From IMG/VR virus record IMGVR_UViG_3300023170_000023, positions 60 through 64,059 of that record: a stretch of 64,000 nt of DNA, one strand, 5' to 3'. The DNA comes from a virus. Lineage: Duplodnaviria; Caudoviricetes. Positions within the stretch are counted from its first letter, which is position 1, and each line of letters starts with the position of its first letter. Below, piece by piece: positions 10,501-23,300 of this stretch. The position numbers were made by a program, and so were the translations under genes. The notes under the pieces were generated by a model, which had not been told where the DNA came from, did not search any database, and saw only the letters and a list, made by a program, of their open reading frames with translations.

Positions 10501-13500
10501 CGTAAAGTTAGCAAGAGGTTCGAAAGCAGTAGTTTCAAGAACGGTAGAAACTACACTATCATCTTCGAGTCCTGCTACCGTAAGATTGTTGTTTCTATTT
10601 GTGAGGTTTTCAAGAACCAACCCGCCCTGAATCGTGACCTTACGTGAAGTCGTAGCATTATGATCTGTGACATACTGAAGATTAACAATGTCTAACAGAT
10701 CACCAAGCGTATAGTATTGCGCACTGTCATTAGCAGTGAGAGACATAATCTCTATATTGTCATTTGATCCGCTCAGATTCCTTGAAATGTTAAACGACGC
10801 ACCACCATTAAAGTAAACTGGGATAGTAGTCGTTCTACCGTTTTCTGTAACGTCTTGTAACGTAGGTCCAGTGAAAATATAAGCAGGAACATCTCTTGCT
10901 TGTACTTCTCCTGAAGGATCGATGGTTAATACCGTATCGTCTTCGACCCCCACGAGACTTGAAAGGTTGAGTCCACCAACAATAGCAGTAGAATCTAAAG
11001 TTGTAACACCGTCTACATTAAGATCACCGCCTACTTGTAAACTAGGAACTACAAGATCTTTATTGAACGTGAAGTCATCGTTGACAGATCCATAAAGAAG
11101 TGTAGCAGATCCGTCTGCACCAAGATTAACTGTAATACCACCACCGTCAGCGTCTGACTTAACGAGTGCGCTATCTGCCAAAGTGATATTAACATCGTTA
11201 ACAGAGAGGACGGTGCTATTGATAATAGTTTGAGTACCCTCGACTCTCATGTCACCAAGAACAACAAGTTCGTTAACTGTGACTGAATCTAAAGTAGAAG
11301 CACCAGCGATATTAAGACCACCTGTCCCTGTTAGAATAATATCCCTACCTGATTGATTATTGTTGGCAAGAACATCGTCTAATCCTAGAGCAGTTCCGTC
11401 TAAGATGTTAGCATTAACTGTTAGATATTCGACACTATCTCCTGCAGGAGTTTGTAACACCAGCAAGTTATAAGTTGCAGCGGTTGTTACAGGATCCGCA
11501 ATGGTAGATATACCACCGTTCAAATACAACGGGGTAGTTGTCGTATTAAATCCAGCGGGTCTCGTAGGATCTGTTACAGTTTCTAAAGTCTCTCCGGTAA
11601 ATGCAGTTGATTCTATAGACCTTCTTTGAACTTCGTTCTCAGCATCAATGATAAGAACGTCGAGAGCAGTAGGATCGCCTTGTAAGTTAGTGAGATTAAG
11701 TCCACCGTCGATATTAGTAGAGTCTAAAGTTGTGGTACCGTCTACATCAAAATTACCAAGAACGTCGAGACCTTGATTAACTTGAACATTCTGAACAAGC
11801 AGTTTGGTGTTTCCATTATCCCATTGTAAATTGTCGTTAAAGGTTAACTTGCCGCCAGTAGTTGCGTAAGGAATTCTTCCTGCCGTGATATCTGAAACCG
11901 TGATTCCAGCAACAGTTGTTTCGCCTGCTTCTAAAATATCTGTAACAGTAAGATCGCCATCTATAGTCGTAGAGTCTAAAGTAGTGGTTCCACCAACATC
12001 GAAATTAACTAACGTTTGAAGAGTAGTTCCATCAAACGTTAGATTTGCGTCAACCTCTAACTCTCCACCGGGTCCTGTAAAGACTATCGCATCATTAGTG
12101 TTAAGATTGGTAACAGAAAGCGGACCCTGAATAGTTGCAGAGTCGGTAACACGAAGAACGGTTGAGGTTGCAGATTCAACTAGGATGCCGTTTGCAATCA
12201 TCCTTCGATCAGTTTCGTTCCCTCTTTCGGTGACAGATTGTAAAGTATCATCTTCACCGTCAAGGAGATTATTGTTTAATTCACGAAGAATTACTTTACC
12301 AAGGGTATCATCGTATACTAAGAAACGATTGAAAGTATTAGTACCCGTTTCAATGACAGCAGAGTCTATTAAGAAACCGATACCTGCAGCATTGTTAATA
12401 ACCAATCCACCTACAGTGATTGAGTGATCCGTGCTATCACCAAAACCAGAGGATGATGATGGATCCGCTTGATCTGTTACTGACTGTAAAGTGTCTAGTT
12501 CTGTTCCTGTGAACGCAATAGTGTTAAGATTAACAAACCCTACAGAGTCACCGCCACCGATTGCTAAAACTCTTGGTTCGTTGACTGCTCCAAGGTCTCC
12601 ACGGTTACCTAATATAAAGTTCCCCGTAAGTTCCATTTCTTGGTTAGACGTGCCATCATTACCTAATACAAAGTCAAGGGTTACTAGTGAACTATTGAAA
12701 GCAATATCTTCAGCAAGTCTTACACCAACAATTGCACTGTCTCCAATACCAAAAGTTTCTGCGACCAATACGGTGTTGGTGCCGTTGCGAGTTTGCAGAG
12801 GTTGATCGTTTACAGTTCCTCTTAGTTTAACTGTGTTGCTGAATATAACACGGTTTCCTGTTTCCCCTGTATCGTATCCTACCTCTTGTCTTCCGGAAAC
12901 TGAATGTAATGTTTCGAAAGTATCATCGAGGTTTGTAACTTCAATGTTTACTACTTCGTATTCTTTAGAAATTGAATTCCATTTAACTAAAGGAACAGTT
13001 CCGGATCCGGGAAGATTTCCCGTAGTCGGATTTACAACATCAATTTTATTAACTCGAATATCATCAGTTGTACTATCAAAGATAGCAAGGTCTCTAAGAT
13101 CACGATAACCAATAGAGTCATCGATGCTCTCTATAACTAAACCTTTACGATAAGAAGTTTTACTGACTCCTCTGTCTTTTGGAAGTTGTCCGAACTGTAA
13201 AAACGTTGCGCGGATACCTTTATCTGTGGTAGCACCAAAACGACCCGACGAACCTTGATCTCCTGCAGCAATAGATTGCTCTACTACTTGTTGTAGGGTA
13301 GGAGCAGTAAAGTTTGTAAAGTTGAATAGACGTGAACCTACACTATCTGCGTCACCAAGAACAACCAAACGAATAGAATTTAATCCTGTGAATCCAGAAC
13401 CAAAAGTATTACCGTCGAGGTTAACGCTTCCGGCTGCGCCGAATTGAACAGCGTTATCAAATCGTGAATACCCATCCACTTGCATGGAGTTTTCTGCTTC

Positions 13501-13956
13501 AATTCTCAGAGCATACACTGTGCCCGGAAAAACATCTGCTCCTGTAGAACCTATCTCTTGTAATACAATACCTTGGTCAGTTGTGTTACCGCCTTGGGTT
13601 ACAATCTGAAGGTTTAGGTCTGTGAAATCACTAAACGCTAAGTCACCTAATTGTCTAAAACCAACACTATCATCACCGGGATCAAAGGGATTAGTCTTTA
13701 ATATTAAAGCAAAGTCATCATTCACTTCCGCTTCGGGAAGTTGGCCGTCTTCAAACAGAAGTCCATTTAAAATGGGTTTTTTAGTAAACCCACGGGTACC
13801 ATCAGCGTTAGAAAAGAATAAACTATTATCGCTGTCTGGGTTACCCGGATTAGGTTCTGCTTGCTCTAAGGAAAGGTATTGATAACGATCTGCGTCCAGT
13901 TCGTCAACAGGTCTCCTAATAACCTTCCCTGCGAGTGATATGAGTCTCTTAGCCAT
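7540..13956 (-). CDS. Giant fibre-like virion structural protein (2138 aa)
   Basis: About 17 TLQxVTxxGxxT-type modules, VDGxTTLDST repeats and a Gly/Thr/Asp/Ser-rich composition; located in the structural cluster. Confidence 0.7.
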   Translation of the reverse strand: MAKRLISLAGKVIRRPVDELDADRYQYLSLEQAEPNPGNPDSDNSLFFSNADGTRGFTKKPILNGLLFEDGQLPEAEVNDDFALILKTNPFDPGDDSVGFRQLGDLAFSDFTDLNLQIVTQGGNTTDQGIVLQEIGSTGADVFPGTVYALRIEAENSMQVDGYSRFDNAVQFGAAGSVNLDGNTFGSGFTGLNSIRLVVLGDADSVGSRLFNFTNFTAPTLQQVVEQSIAAGDQGSSGRFGATTDKGIRATFLQFGQLPKDRGVSKTSYRKGLVIESIDDSIGYRDLRDLAIFDSTTDDIRVNKIDVVNPTTGNLPGSGTVPLVKWNSISKEYEVVNIEVTNLDDTFETLHSVSGRQEVGYDTGETGNRVIFSNTVKLRGTVNDQPLQTRNGTNTVLVAETFGIGDSAIVGVRLAEDIAFNSSLVTLDFVLGNDGTSNQEMELTGNFILGNRGDLGAVNEPRVLAIGGGDSVGFVNLNTIAFTGTELDTLQSVTDQADPSSSSGFGDSTDHSITVGGLVINNAAGIGFLIDSAVIETGTNTFNRFLVYDDTLGKVILRELNNNLLDGEDDTLQSVTERGNETDRRMIANGILVESATSTVLRVTDSATIQGPLSVTNLNTNDAIVFTGPGGELEVDANLTFDGTTLQTLVNFDVGGTTTLDSTTIDGDLTVTDILEAGETTVAGITVSDITAGRIPYATTGGKLTFNDNLQWDNGNTKLLVQNVQVNQGLDVLGNFDVDGTTTLDSTNIDGGLNLTNLQGDPTALDVLIIDAENEVQRRSIESTAFTGETLETVTDPTRPAGFNTTTTPLYLNGGISTIADPVTTAATYNLLVLQTPAGDSVEYLTVNANILDGTALGLDDVLANNNQSGRDIILTGTGGLNIAGASTLDSVTVNELVVLGDMRVEGTQTIINSTVLSVNDVNITLADSALVKSDADGGGITVNLGADGSATLLYGSVNDDFTFNKDLVVPSLQVGGDLNVDGVTTLDSTAIVGGLNLSSLVGVEDDTVLTIDPSGEVQARDVPAYIFTGPTLQDVTENGRTTTIPVYFNGGASFNISRNLSGSNDNIEIMSLTANDSAQYYTLGDLLDIVNLQYVTDHNATTSRKVTIQGGLVLENLTNRNNNLTVAGLEDDSVVSTVLETTAFEPLANFTIDAAVVRGSNAMAQRLSASSSIDLDGGFTAALTNPGTPTGQFDVIRLADAGGTDSAFRVTLNSGATQPLEEFTWAFTLEQGDSSGGYEVHVNDGLWIDRTQITNQSPWSTSLQVPVFHPDPSTAAVGDSDRIGRRTLGTVANRDDNEITLSYVTSHGQTALSNGTENWSQTTDNVIIGKLKMQADNWTGVSKYTGTQNALFYNVAHDSVGYRALGDLAFENGQTLYQVTNFPDGATFSGVGDSTDQWLKMKGITITNANQIYIKRGNFPLLSTDAALMWDSDTDQVGYRKLSDAAFLDPTLQAVTEAGDSTDILSTFGGGLELPPGGTTLLDGAAINTTDPQAANFWQMLVINTDTNRVARGQIGVINQNTPTETLKTVTNYGASLTTSGIDSTNENVAFTGDFYLTNLANDATKTQVIVQDEATGKLFYAGVDEFLQQSTLDTVAAAGNKTQHPIAASDVYLRYNPGGVFADTPVGTAFSGEYKAALLGRQGGTRLQVDSAEVSGNIVALNKLSVGSTINAQNGTITAEGEIMSRGSTPRLSLRYDSGGADEIEYRLDGGQSVVQMNIGGTTTFPWFFKPVSKEFGIYASNFFPSYNPMMSFKRDELSGAPSITANERLIVEDSATFNFLTTHNDRVNLRDAFFDIDNLGVTRYRFSAGANFVENVAVTTAASLAGFTEISGNGANESIVSLTRHSNNEFGSYLVLAKNRGDSAFDLSPIQNGDQLGSIIWNGVDNTSQSIGASLRVVANDTVSSGNLPTKFQFSTYPSNTESIDLEIDDNYVTTPHSINMGNFLTINNEANGTSSGINVKTDVSNTISHFIAFDSADNGSGDSFTKMRFGVKSIADGFVTNQLILDGQNGASITTDYSSTDFKLDNRTNGAATASKLLFTSGNSTSATQEYEYAEIRTVFTERTAGSETARMELRVAGNDFGAAGTRVKIDSAGEVLVTDTEKLKLDTGVKLQDANDRTLVIYDSAGAVLWGNV

Positions 13957-14320
13957 TTAATGATTCCAAGTAACTTAACGTCAATTCTAATTTACCCGCT
14001 TGTTCACACCAAACCGCAATCTGGTTTCCTTCTTGCACAACTAATTTTCCTGTTAGCGGAGAAACAGCATCGAATGCCTGAACAGAAAAGTCTTTCACTA
14101 GAAAGGTAGACGTGTCTGTTCCAACATCGTGATGAATAAAGTTAACGTTATAAGACGCATCGTTCGCTGTGTTCGAAATTTGTGCCATCAGAATAATTGC
14201 CGAAACTCCAGCAGGAACTGTATACACAACGTCTGTACCACGTGCTTTAAGAGCATCCGTAGGATCTTTATCTTGGATAATAAATGTTTTTGTTTTAAAT
14301 TGATTTAATGGAGTTGCCAT
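13949..14320 (-). CDS. Small hypothetical virion-associated protein (123 aa)
   Basis: ORF tightly coupled between two giant fibre genes; beta-rich sequence (VYTVPAGVSAIILMAQISN, GKLVVQEG). Confidence 0.65.
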   Translation of the reverse strand: MATPLNQFKTKTFIIQDKDPTDALKARGTDVVYTVPAGVSAIILMAQISNTANDASYNVNFIHHDVGTDTSTFLVKDFSVQAFDAVSPLTGKLVVQEGNQIAVWCEQAGKLELTLSYLESLNG

Positions 14321-14321
14321 T

Positions 14322-17300
14322 TTATCCCTCTAATGCTAGAATATATGGTGTTAACACCGCGAACAACGATCTGTCAAACGTTGTTCCTGTAATCGTTCCT
14401 GACTCACGGTTAATGGTCAAGTCTCCACCAATACGGAAGTCACCAAGTTCGTCCGTAGCAGTGAAGTATACCAAACCAAAGTTAGGCGTTAATGATTCAG
14501 CAGAGTCAAATACAATTTCGTTTTCTTTCTTCGGTATACCGCCGTTCTGAGGAATAGCAGCAAACATGTTTGTACCCGAACCTACGAATTCAAACGTGTG
14601 TGAAGAAGCACTAATCAATGATCTCTGATGGAAATCTACTTTCTGTTCAGCACCTGCGTTTTTATTTAGTGGTGGTGCAATCGTCAATTCATAAGAACCT
14701 GTCTCTGGGAGAATAGAAGAATAAGTGAATACTGCACCATTATCTCCTTCAACGGTTCTCTTATCTGCACTTACTGCAATGTAATCACCTGTTCCACCAA
14801 TAGTAGCATATCTACCGAAACGATCATCCGCAGTGCTACCATTACCGTCACCCACTTTTTGAACTGTTTGTGGTTTGATCATAGCGACTTCAGACCAGTT
14901 TGTTCCTGCACGTTCTACCATATATACCGCACACGAATCATTTAAATCGTTTCTAGGATTCTGTCCGACAATAACCAAGTCACCTTTAGTGTTCATATCA
15001 ATAGTAGTACCAAACCCTTGGTCTGTTCGAGCATCCCTTGGGTATACTAATTCCTGCAGACTCCAAGAACCTTCATTAAACCGATAAAGTTCTACACCGC
15101 CTGAATTAGGATGATAACCAAAGATGTAATCAAAGTTACCGTCAATGGTCCCAGTTGTTGGATTGGATAACTCTAACGTATTACCTACAATATCAACAAT
15201 CGTCGTATTATCAGGGATTCGCGTGTCTTTGCTAGTATACTCAATGGTTGTAGCAGAAGAGGCATAGACCCTTTGTCCAATCTCAAACTTACTTGCATCA
15301 TTAACCTGAAGGAAAACGCTTCCCGTTGCTTGAGAAGGAGCAGAATCTATCGCAGTTAGAGCAGTCTGTGAAGAAGTGAAGGCAGCATAACCGTTAGTCT
15401 TGTTCATCACTATTTCAAAATCTGCTTCGTCATTTTGTGCTAACTGAGACGTAACGTTTTGTGAGATACTATAGTTTCCGAACTGATTCTTAGTATAATA
15501 GTAATGAGTATTTCCTCTCCACGAAACAAGAACTGCTATACCATCCTCATTGATTGTGGTTCGAGGAGCAAGTGCTGCAGTGCCTTTCGGGAACAAAAGT
15601 TTCTGTTTGAATTGGTAACCATTAACATCGTTAGCAGAATCTCTTCCCCAAATCTGCACCGAACCAGAAATGAATCCAGCATCTGAGTCTGCTCTATTAG
15701 AAAGCAACAATGTGTTACCATCAGCAGACAATGACATTCTATCGCCTAACCTTCTATTTGTATTCGGATTTGGTGAAGAAGAAACAGAATCTTGAATAAA
15801 TTGAACCTGATTCCACAATGAAGTGTCAACGCTATCTTGATGATAAACATATGCACCACCGTATTGAGTTAGACCTACACCGCCAACAACGTGACGGTTA
15901 GCAGGAGCAGCAACTACAATTGTAGTCCCATCTTCGCTCATTACAATCTGTTGTCCGAATGCATCAGAATCCGCAGCATTGTTTACCGGGTTAGTAGGAA
16001 CAATCGTTGATGTGTTAGTCCATGCCAAAACATCACGATTTAGTATTTCTACATTACGTTCTTCGATGTTTGCAAAGGCAAGAACTTGATCGTTCTTAGA
16101 CATGCGCACACCAAACCCTGTACCAAAATCCGCTGGATCGTTAGAAGCGATTTTAATTTGATCTTCATTTCCTGACACAGACCAGTTCTGCAAAATCTCG
16201 TCTGAAACATTTAGAATCGTATAGTAATACGAATCAGTAGAAAATTTAATTGCATCGTTATAGTTCGGAGTTTTAAAATCTCCAAGGTTCAATGAGTAGT
16301 TTGCTGAGTCTGTATTAAGAATGCCGTTAACTCGAATGATATCATCGTTCAAGTTGTAATCTGCATGCAACGAACCATTGTAGATAGACTTAGATCCACC
16401 CGTTGCAACGAGACCAAAGTCTCCAAACGATGAGTTCGAGTTTGTGATCGAGCACTGGGCACCCGACTCTGCTTTGATCGAAGTTGACGTGGAAATCGTG
16501 AAGCACGATACCAACTGTGCATATGCACGTTCTTTCAGCAGAACTCCAATACCGTCTGCGTTGAACTGAGTGAATGCGTCAAGAACCATTGAGCGAAGAC
16601 CAGACACTTTAGATCCATCGATCTTCATACCGATACCTGATGTAGTCAACGAAGTACAGTTCTGAACATAAGGCGATTGTGTGATAAACGGACCTGTAAT
16701 ATTATCGTTGCGTGGATCGAACGCGACACACGCTGCACCGTTCTGATGATCACGGAATGTAATCTCTTTAACGTAACAACCGTTATCAACCCAGAAGATA
16801 TCGCTATCTACGTTACGAGGACGAATAGTCGTTGATCGTAATGCGTCTCCGATGATAGCAGTCTTCGGAGGAAGTTTGATTGGATTGTTGACGGTGTAGT
16901 CACCAGACTTCAAGAAGATCGTAGTGTCTGCCCCTTGGTTATCAGAAACTGCCAAAGACTGTGTAATAATTGTTTGTCTTACAGACGTAACAACTGGGTC
17001 TTTATTAAACTCTGTAAACGCTTCATAAATGTCTGGGTATGTAATCTTAATACCCAAAGCGATAGGATCTGGGAATGTTAAAGTATTAAACCCAACTGCT
17101 AGATCGAAAGGATAGTTATACTGATAAAGTTCACCATTAGGACCAAAGAAATCACCAATTTGGAAAATACCAGTCGAAGATTGTTCTAACGCATGAATAA
17201 TCAGGTCTAACAGATTTCCTACACGAGTTAAGTGTACACCAGAAACTCCTTGAGTTCCGATAATAATTTTAAGTTGCTCATATGCTGCTACGGTTGCAGC

Positions 17301-20300
17301 AAGTTCGCTATCTCCTAAGATGTCTGCATACCCTTTGTTGAACACAGAGAAGTATGAACGCATAGAATATGAAGTAGCACTGTTACCACCATACTTAAGA
17401 TCGTAAACCAAACCGTCTACAATATAACCAACGTCTCTTCGACAAGTTGCTTGATCATAGGAGTAGGTTGGGAATACAGAATTTGCATAGAAAACTGTTT
17501 GTTGTTGCAGAGTCGTTTTGTTCGTATGGAACAATGCTGCCTGTCCTGATATAGCAGGAAGTGTAACAGTAACTAACTCATCAACTGAAGGAGATGCAGG
17601 AGGAGTGATCTGAATCGCATTGATGATAATATCAAGCAATTGGTTTACACGAGTTTCTTCTGCACTCGTCGAGATATATGAGTTTGCAAAGACTTTGAGT
17701 TGTTCGTATGCGGCAACTGAAGCAACGATTTCTCCGTCACCTAACTGATTAGTCCAGTTATCCGCTTGTCCATCTAGATCTTCGTAAGTAGTACCACCTT
17801 CTATATCAAGGTCCGTCCCTACCCAGTAAGAACGTGCGTTGGTGTCAGAAGCAAAGGTGCCACCGAAAAGAATATCATGAGTCAAAGCATCTACGATATA
17901 ACCAACGTCTCTTTCACACTTGTCTTGGTTATATTCTAACGAATCGTAATTCTGTTGAATCCACGTGATGATCTGACGCTGCATCTTTCTTCGATTAACG
18001 ATGAGTGCGTTTGCAGCATTTCTCTTATCAGCATCTTCTTGACCTGTCCCATCAAAGAATATTGGATCTCCGTCTTCTGCACCATAGGCACCTGTTTCTT
18101 CAAGGAGGTCTGTGATTTCTTTTGCACGTGCAGTAATGAAAGTTTGACTGGCTTCTGTCAATCCTGCCGTAGCATTGATTTGATCACGTAAGTAATTGAT
18201 CGAATCAACTGTATATTGTAACTGATCTGATTGAACTTTTTGTGCATTACCTCGCTGATAAGCAAGACCTGCGGTTATGCTATTATAGTTCGTATTGTTT
18301 TGTAAATCAAGTGCGATTGCATCGACGATCAATCCCGTGTCTCTTTCACACTTATGCTGATCAAAGTTAGAAACAATCGTAGAGTCGTTTACGTAATCGA
18401 TAACTCTGTTCTGAATTGCTCCAGTATCGTTCTTGATCAGATCATAATTTGTAGTATCGAATCCTGTGGTGTCGATATCGACTTCAGCAGGAATATCATC
18501 GATGCCACCAGCAGCGATAACATTAGTCACGATAGCGATGAGTTCATCGACTCGTACATCTTCTGTTACGTTAGGTAATAGTTTAACTCTTCTTGCATAA
18601 TCATTGTATGCATCTATGGTTGGAAGAGATTCTCCTACACCCAATTGATTTTGAGTACCGACAAAGTATGATTTCGCAACGTTCCTCATAGCAGAGTTGC
18701 CACCGTATGTCAAGTCGGCAATGAGTGCTTCCGTTAAGAAGAGAGTGTCTCTTTCACACTTAGCAACGTTATATCCAACAAAAGTATTGACATAGTCGAT
18801 AACTTCTGTTTGTGTAGCAGTAATTGCTGTGTTGAGAGCATCATACTCAGTAGAGTTTAGTCCGGTTCTGTCAATGTCAATCTCAGCAGCAAGGTTGTCT
18901 AAACTCTGATCGTTGACAACTGTGATGATAATATCAAGCAAGTTAGAGATGTAAGTTTCTTCAGGTGTTGTTGCTACTACTGCATTAATTAAAGTCTTTA
19001 AGTTCTCGTATGCAGAAGCAGTAGCAAACACCTCACCAGAACCTAATTGAGAGATGGCACCAACATAATATGACTTAGCATTGGTAATTGTTGCTGAGTT
19101 GCCACCATACTGAACGTCATGAGAAAGAGCATCAAGGATGTACCCAACGTCTCTTTCACACTTGTCTTGATCATAGAACGAGAAGTTATCCCTTCCATAC
19201 TCGATAGTATCGTTAATTATAGTAGCTTCAGATGTATTGATTTCGTTCCATTCCGTCAAAGAAAGTCCTGCAGTGTCTATTTCTACTTCCGCTGGAATGC
19301 CAGAAGTATTTCCTGCAGAGATCACATCTCTTACGATATCAACAAGGGTTGCGACCCTAGCGTCTTCGAACACGTTAATTAGTAATTGAATGTTGCTCTT
19401 TAAAACTTCGTAGGCAGCGACTGTAGGTAGTTCTTCCTGAGATCCTAACTGAGAGTTAGTTCCTGAGAAATAAGCAAGCGCAGCAGTTCTACATGCCGTG
19501 TTTCCACCGTACAAAAGATCGTGACTAATTGCGTCAATTAAAAATCCGGTGTCTCTTCGACATGCGACTTGATCATATACTAATTCAGGGTAGTAAGTAT
19601 CAAGATAGTTAGTAGTATCGTCAATTAAAACCTGACGGTTCGCTTGCACTTCTTGACTCTGAGCAGCACGTCCAGCAACGTTTGCATAAGTTCCGTTAAC
19701 TGGATACGTAATGCTTGTGTGCGGTGTTGTTGTCGTGCCGTTAAGAACATCGATTACACGACCAAACAAAGTGTCAACCGTAGCATCGCTGGACACATTT
19801 GGCAGTGCTTTGATTTGATCTCTTGCGTATTCTACTAATGCTATGGTAACATCTCGTTGATCGCTCAAAACATATGCTGAAGTAGATCGCAAATATGAAT
19901 TAGCAGCAGTCAACGTGTTGTAATCTGTACCAAGAACGAGGTCTCTTCGAACAGCGTCGATTATAAGAGACAAGTCTCTTTCGCAGGTTGTACCTAAACC
20001 GCTAAAGTTGTCGTTGATATATTCTGTAGTATCTGATATAATCGACGCACGATTCGACTGAATTGCCGCCGCTGCAGCGATTCTGTTTGCAGTTTGGTAT
20101 ACAGATCCAACTGTGTTTGGATAGTTGATAGAAGGATATACAGGAGGTGTGTCACTGATGTAACTAGTGATACGAGCGAAAAGCGTGTCAATAGTAGCAT
20201 CACTTGTGACATCTGTCAAGTCTTTCAAATAATCTCTTGCTACGTTGACAGCGTCAATAGTAATTTGTTTTTGATCGCTCAGAACATATGCAGAGTTTGC

Positions 20301-23300
20301 TCTTTGATATGCATTACCTGCCGTGTTTGTGTTGTAATCTGTACCCAGAATTAAATCTCTAGATACCGCTTTGATAATTTCTTCAACATCACGGGAACAC
20401 TTATCTACATCATATTCGAATCCTATACCATCATAGTTCTCGAAAATATATGTTGTAGTATCATCAATAAGAGTTTGATAATTGTTTATAATGTCTTGCG
20501 CTTGGGCAAATCTTGTGTTAGAATACGTTCCTGCTCCGGTATCAACCCAACCACCAATAACTCCGGGTTCAGTAATAGTTCCGTTAAGAACATTAAGTAC
20601 GTTGACAAACAGGTAGTTGAGATCTAGACCCGTAAGAGTAAAAATTTCATCCCTGACAAAATTGACTGCGTCTATCGTCGCTTGTTTCTGATCCGATAGA
20701 ACGTAAGCAGAGTTTGCACGTAAGTATGCAAACCCAGCAGTTTTAGTCCAGAATGTAGTACCAAGAAGAAGGTCTCGTCTCACCGCATCAAGAATTAATC
20801 CTACGTCCCGAGCACACTTGCCTGCATCATATCCTGCTAGTTGTGTTGCCCAATTTAAATTGACATAGTCGATAGTTGCAGCTTGAGTTGCTGAGATTCC
20901 CGCTATTATAGCATCAAATTCTGTGGTGTCAAGTCCTGTTGTAACGACCTGAACTTCAGCAGGCAGACCAACTAGTCCGTTTTCGATAACATCCGTGATG
21001 ACATCAAACTTTAATCCTGCAGCATTTTGCTCTAAGGTAGTAGCAATGATTGCTTGGGTTCTAGTTTTAAGATCGTTATAGGCAGCAACGGTTGCTTCAA
21101 TTTCTCCGTTGCCTAATTGAAGCACACTACCTACGTAGTAAGCTTCTGCGTTAGTTCGGGTTGCAGTGTTACCACCGTATTGAACATCATGAGCAACAGC
21201 GTCTAGGATATACCCAGCATCTCGTGCACATGCTGCTTGGTCATAGAAAGAATAATTTGTTTGACCATACAGTAAAGTTGCATCACTAATAATAGTTTTG
21301 TTGTTTGTTATAGCATCAAATTCTGTAGTTGTCAACCCTGCGGTGCTAATATCTACTTCTGCGGGTACGCTATCAACATTACCTGCGGTGATCGCATCTC
21401 TGGTGATGTCTATAAGTTCTGCTACCCTAACATCTTCGGTGACGTTTGTCAACCCTTGAATTTCAGAAATGAGATGTCCATATGCTTCAACGGTGATAGG
21501 ACCTTCTCCGGTTCCTAACAATGAAACAGCAAACGAGTAGTATGCTAAAGCAGCACTTCTCGAAGCGGAGTTGCCGCTATACAAAAGGTCATGCAACAAA
21601 GCATCAATTAAAAACCCTGTGTCTCTTTCGCATGCAGCAACATCATATCCAACGAAAGTGTTAACAAAGTCTATAACTACTTCTTGTGTTGATGTGATGT
21701 TAGATTGCAATTCGTCAAACTCTGTAGTGGTCAGTCCAGCAGTACTAACTTCTACTTCAGCAGGCAGACTATTTAAGTTGCCTGCAGTCAAAACTCCTGT
21801 TATAATATCAACCAATCCACCAACAACTGTTTGTTCAGCAGACGTAGTGACCACCGAATTCAGTCTTGTTTTCAGATCATTGTAAGCAGCGATGGTTGCT
21901 TGAGTTTCGGTTTCACCTTCAGAGTTGACACCGGGTCCTAATTGTGATACAGTGCCGACAAAATATGCTTCTGCATTAATTCTAGTACCTACGTTACCAC
22001 CATACTTGACATCGTGTGCCAAAGCATCTAAGATATATCCTACGTCTCGCTCACAAGCATCCTGATCGTAGTTCTGATAGAATTCTCTTCCGTGTGCGAT
22101 GGTGTCGCTTGTAATAGTAGATTCCGCAGCAGTAATAGCATCAAACTCTGTGGTAGTATAACCAGCAGTAGAAATCTCGCTGAGTGCAGCAATACTGTCC
22201 ACATTACCTGCAGTGATTACACCAGTCGTAATACCGATAAGTTCGTCAACGCGAGCATCTTCTGAAACATTAGTGAGTGCCTTGATTCGTGTTGCCAAAT
22301 CATTGTATGCTGCTACGGTTGCAGACTCTTCACCGGAACCAAGTTGTGCGGTTCCAAAAGAGAAGTATGCGAGTGCAGCATCTCTAGAAGCAGAGTTACC
22401 ACCATAAGTCAAGTCCGCAATCAAAGCATCGATAATCATCCCCGTGTCTCTTTCACACGTTGCTACATCATAAACCAGTAACGGGAAGTTAACATTAATG
22501 TAAGCAGTAGTATCTGAGATCAAAAGTGCTCTGTTATTAACAAGATCGTCTCGTTGCAGATCTCTTGAATTAGAACCTGCGTAGGTTCCTGTAATTGGGA
22601 ACCCAGTTGGTACTTGAATGGTAGAAATCGTAGTGTCTAGAATGTCAGTGACTCTCTTGAACAAAGTGTCAATCGTAGCATCACTAGTTACGTTAGGAAG
22701 TGCCTTGACTAAATCCCTAGCATATTCCACCAAAATTTTAGTTACGGCAGACTGTGTGCTTAAAACATAAGCGGAAGCACCACGCAGATAAGCGTTACCT
22801 GCAGTCAGAGTCCAGTAGTCAGATCCAGTCAAAAGATCTCTTTCTACTGCATCAAGGATTAACCCAAGGTCTCGCTCACACGTAGCACCAATATCTAAAT
22901 CAAACCAGTTCTGACTGATATAGGTAGAAGTTCCTTCAATCAAAGTTTGACGGTTTGCTTGGATTGCTGCAGCAGCGGCAATACGATCAGCAGTTTGATA
23001 TGTTGATCCAGCAGTCGTAGGATAATTGATTGTAGGATACGCAGGAGGCGTATCTGAAATGAAACTGGTTACTCTTGCAAACAGAGTAGTAATAGTAGCA
23101 TCGCTAGTGATAGCAGGAAGTGCTATCAAAGTATCTCTTGCAAGATTTACTGCATCAATTGTAATTTGCTTTTGGTCACTCAGAACGTAAGCAGAGTTTG
23201 CTCTTTGATAAGCGTTACCAGCAGTGTATGTATTGTAATCGGTTCCTAGTAACAAGTCCCTTGCAACCGCATTGATAATGTTATCAACGTCTCGTGAACA

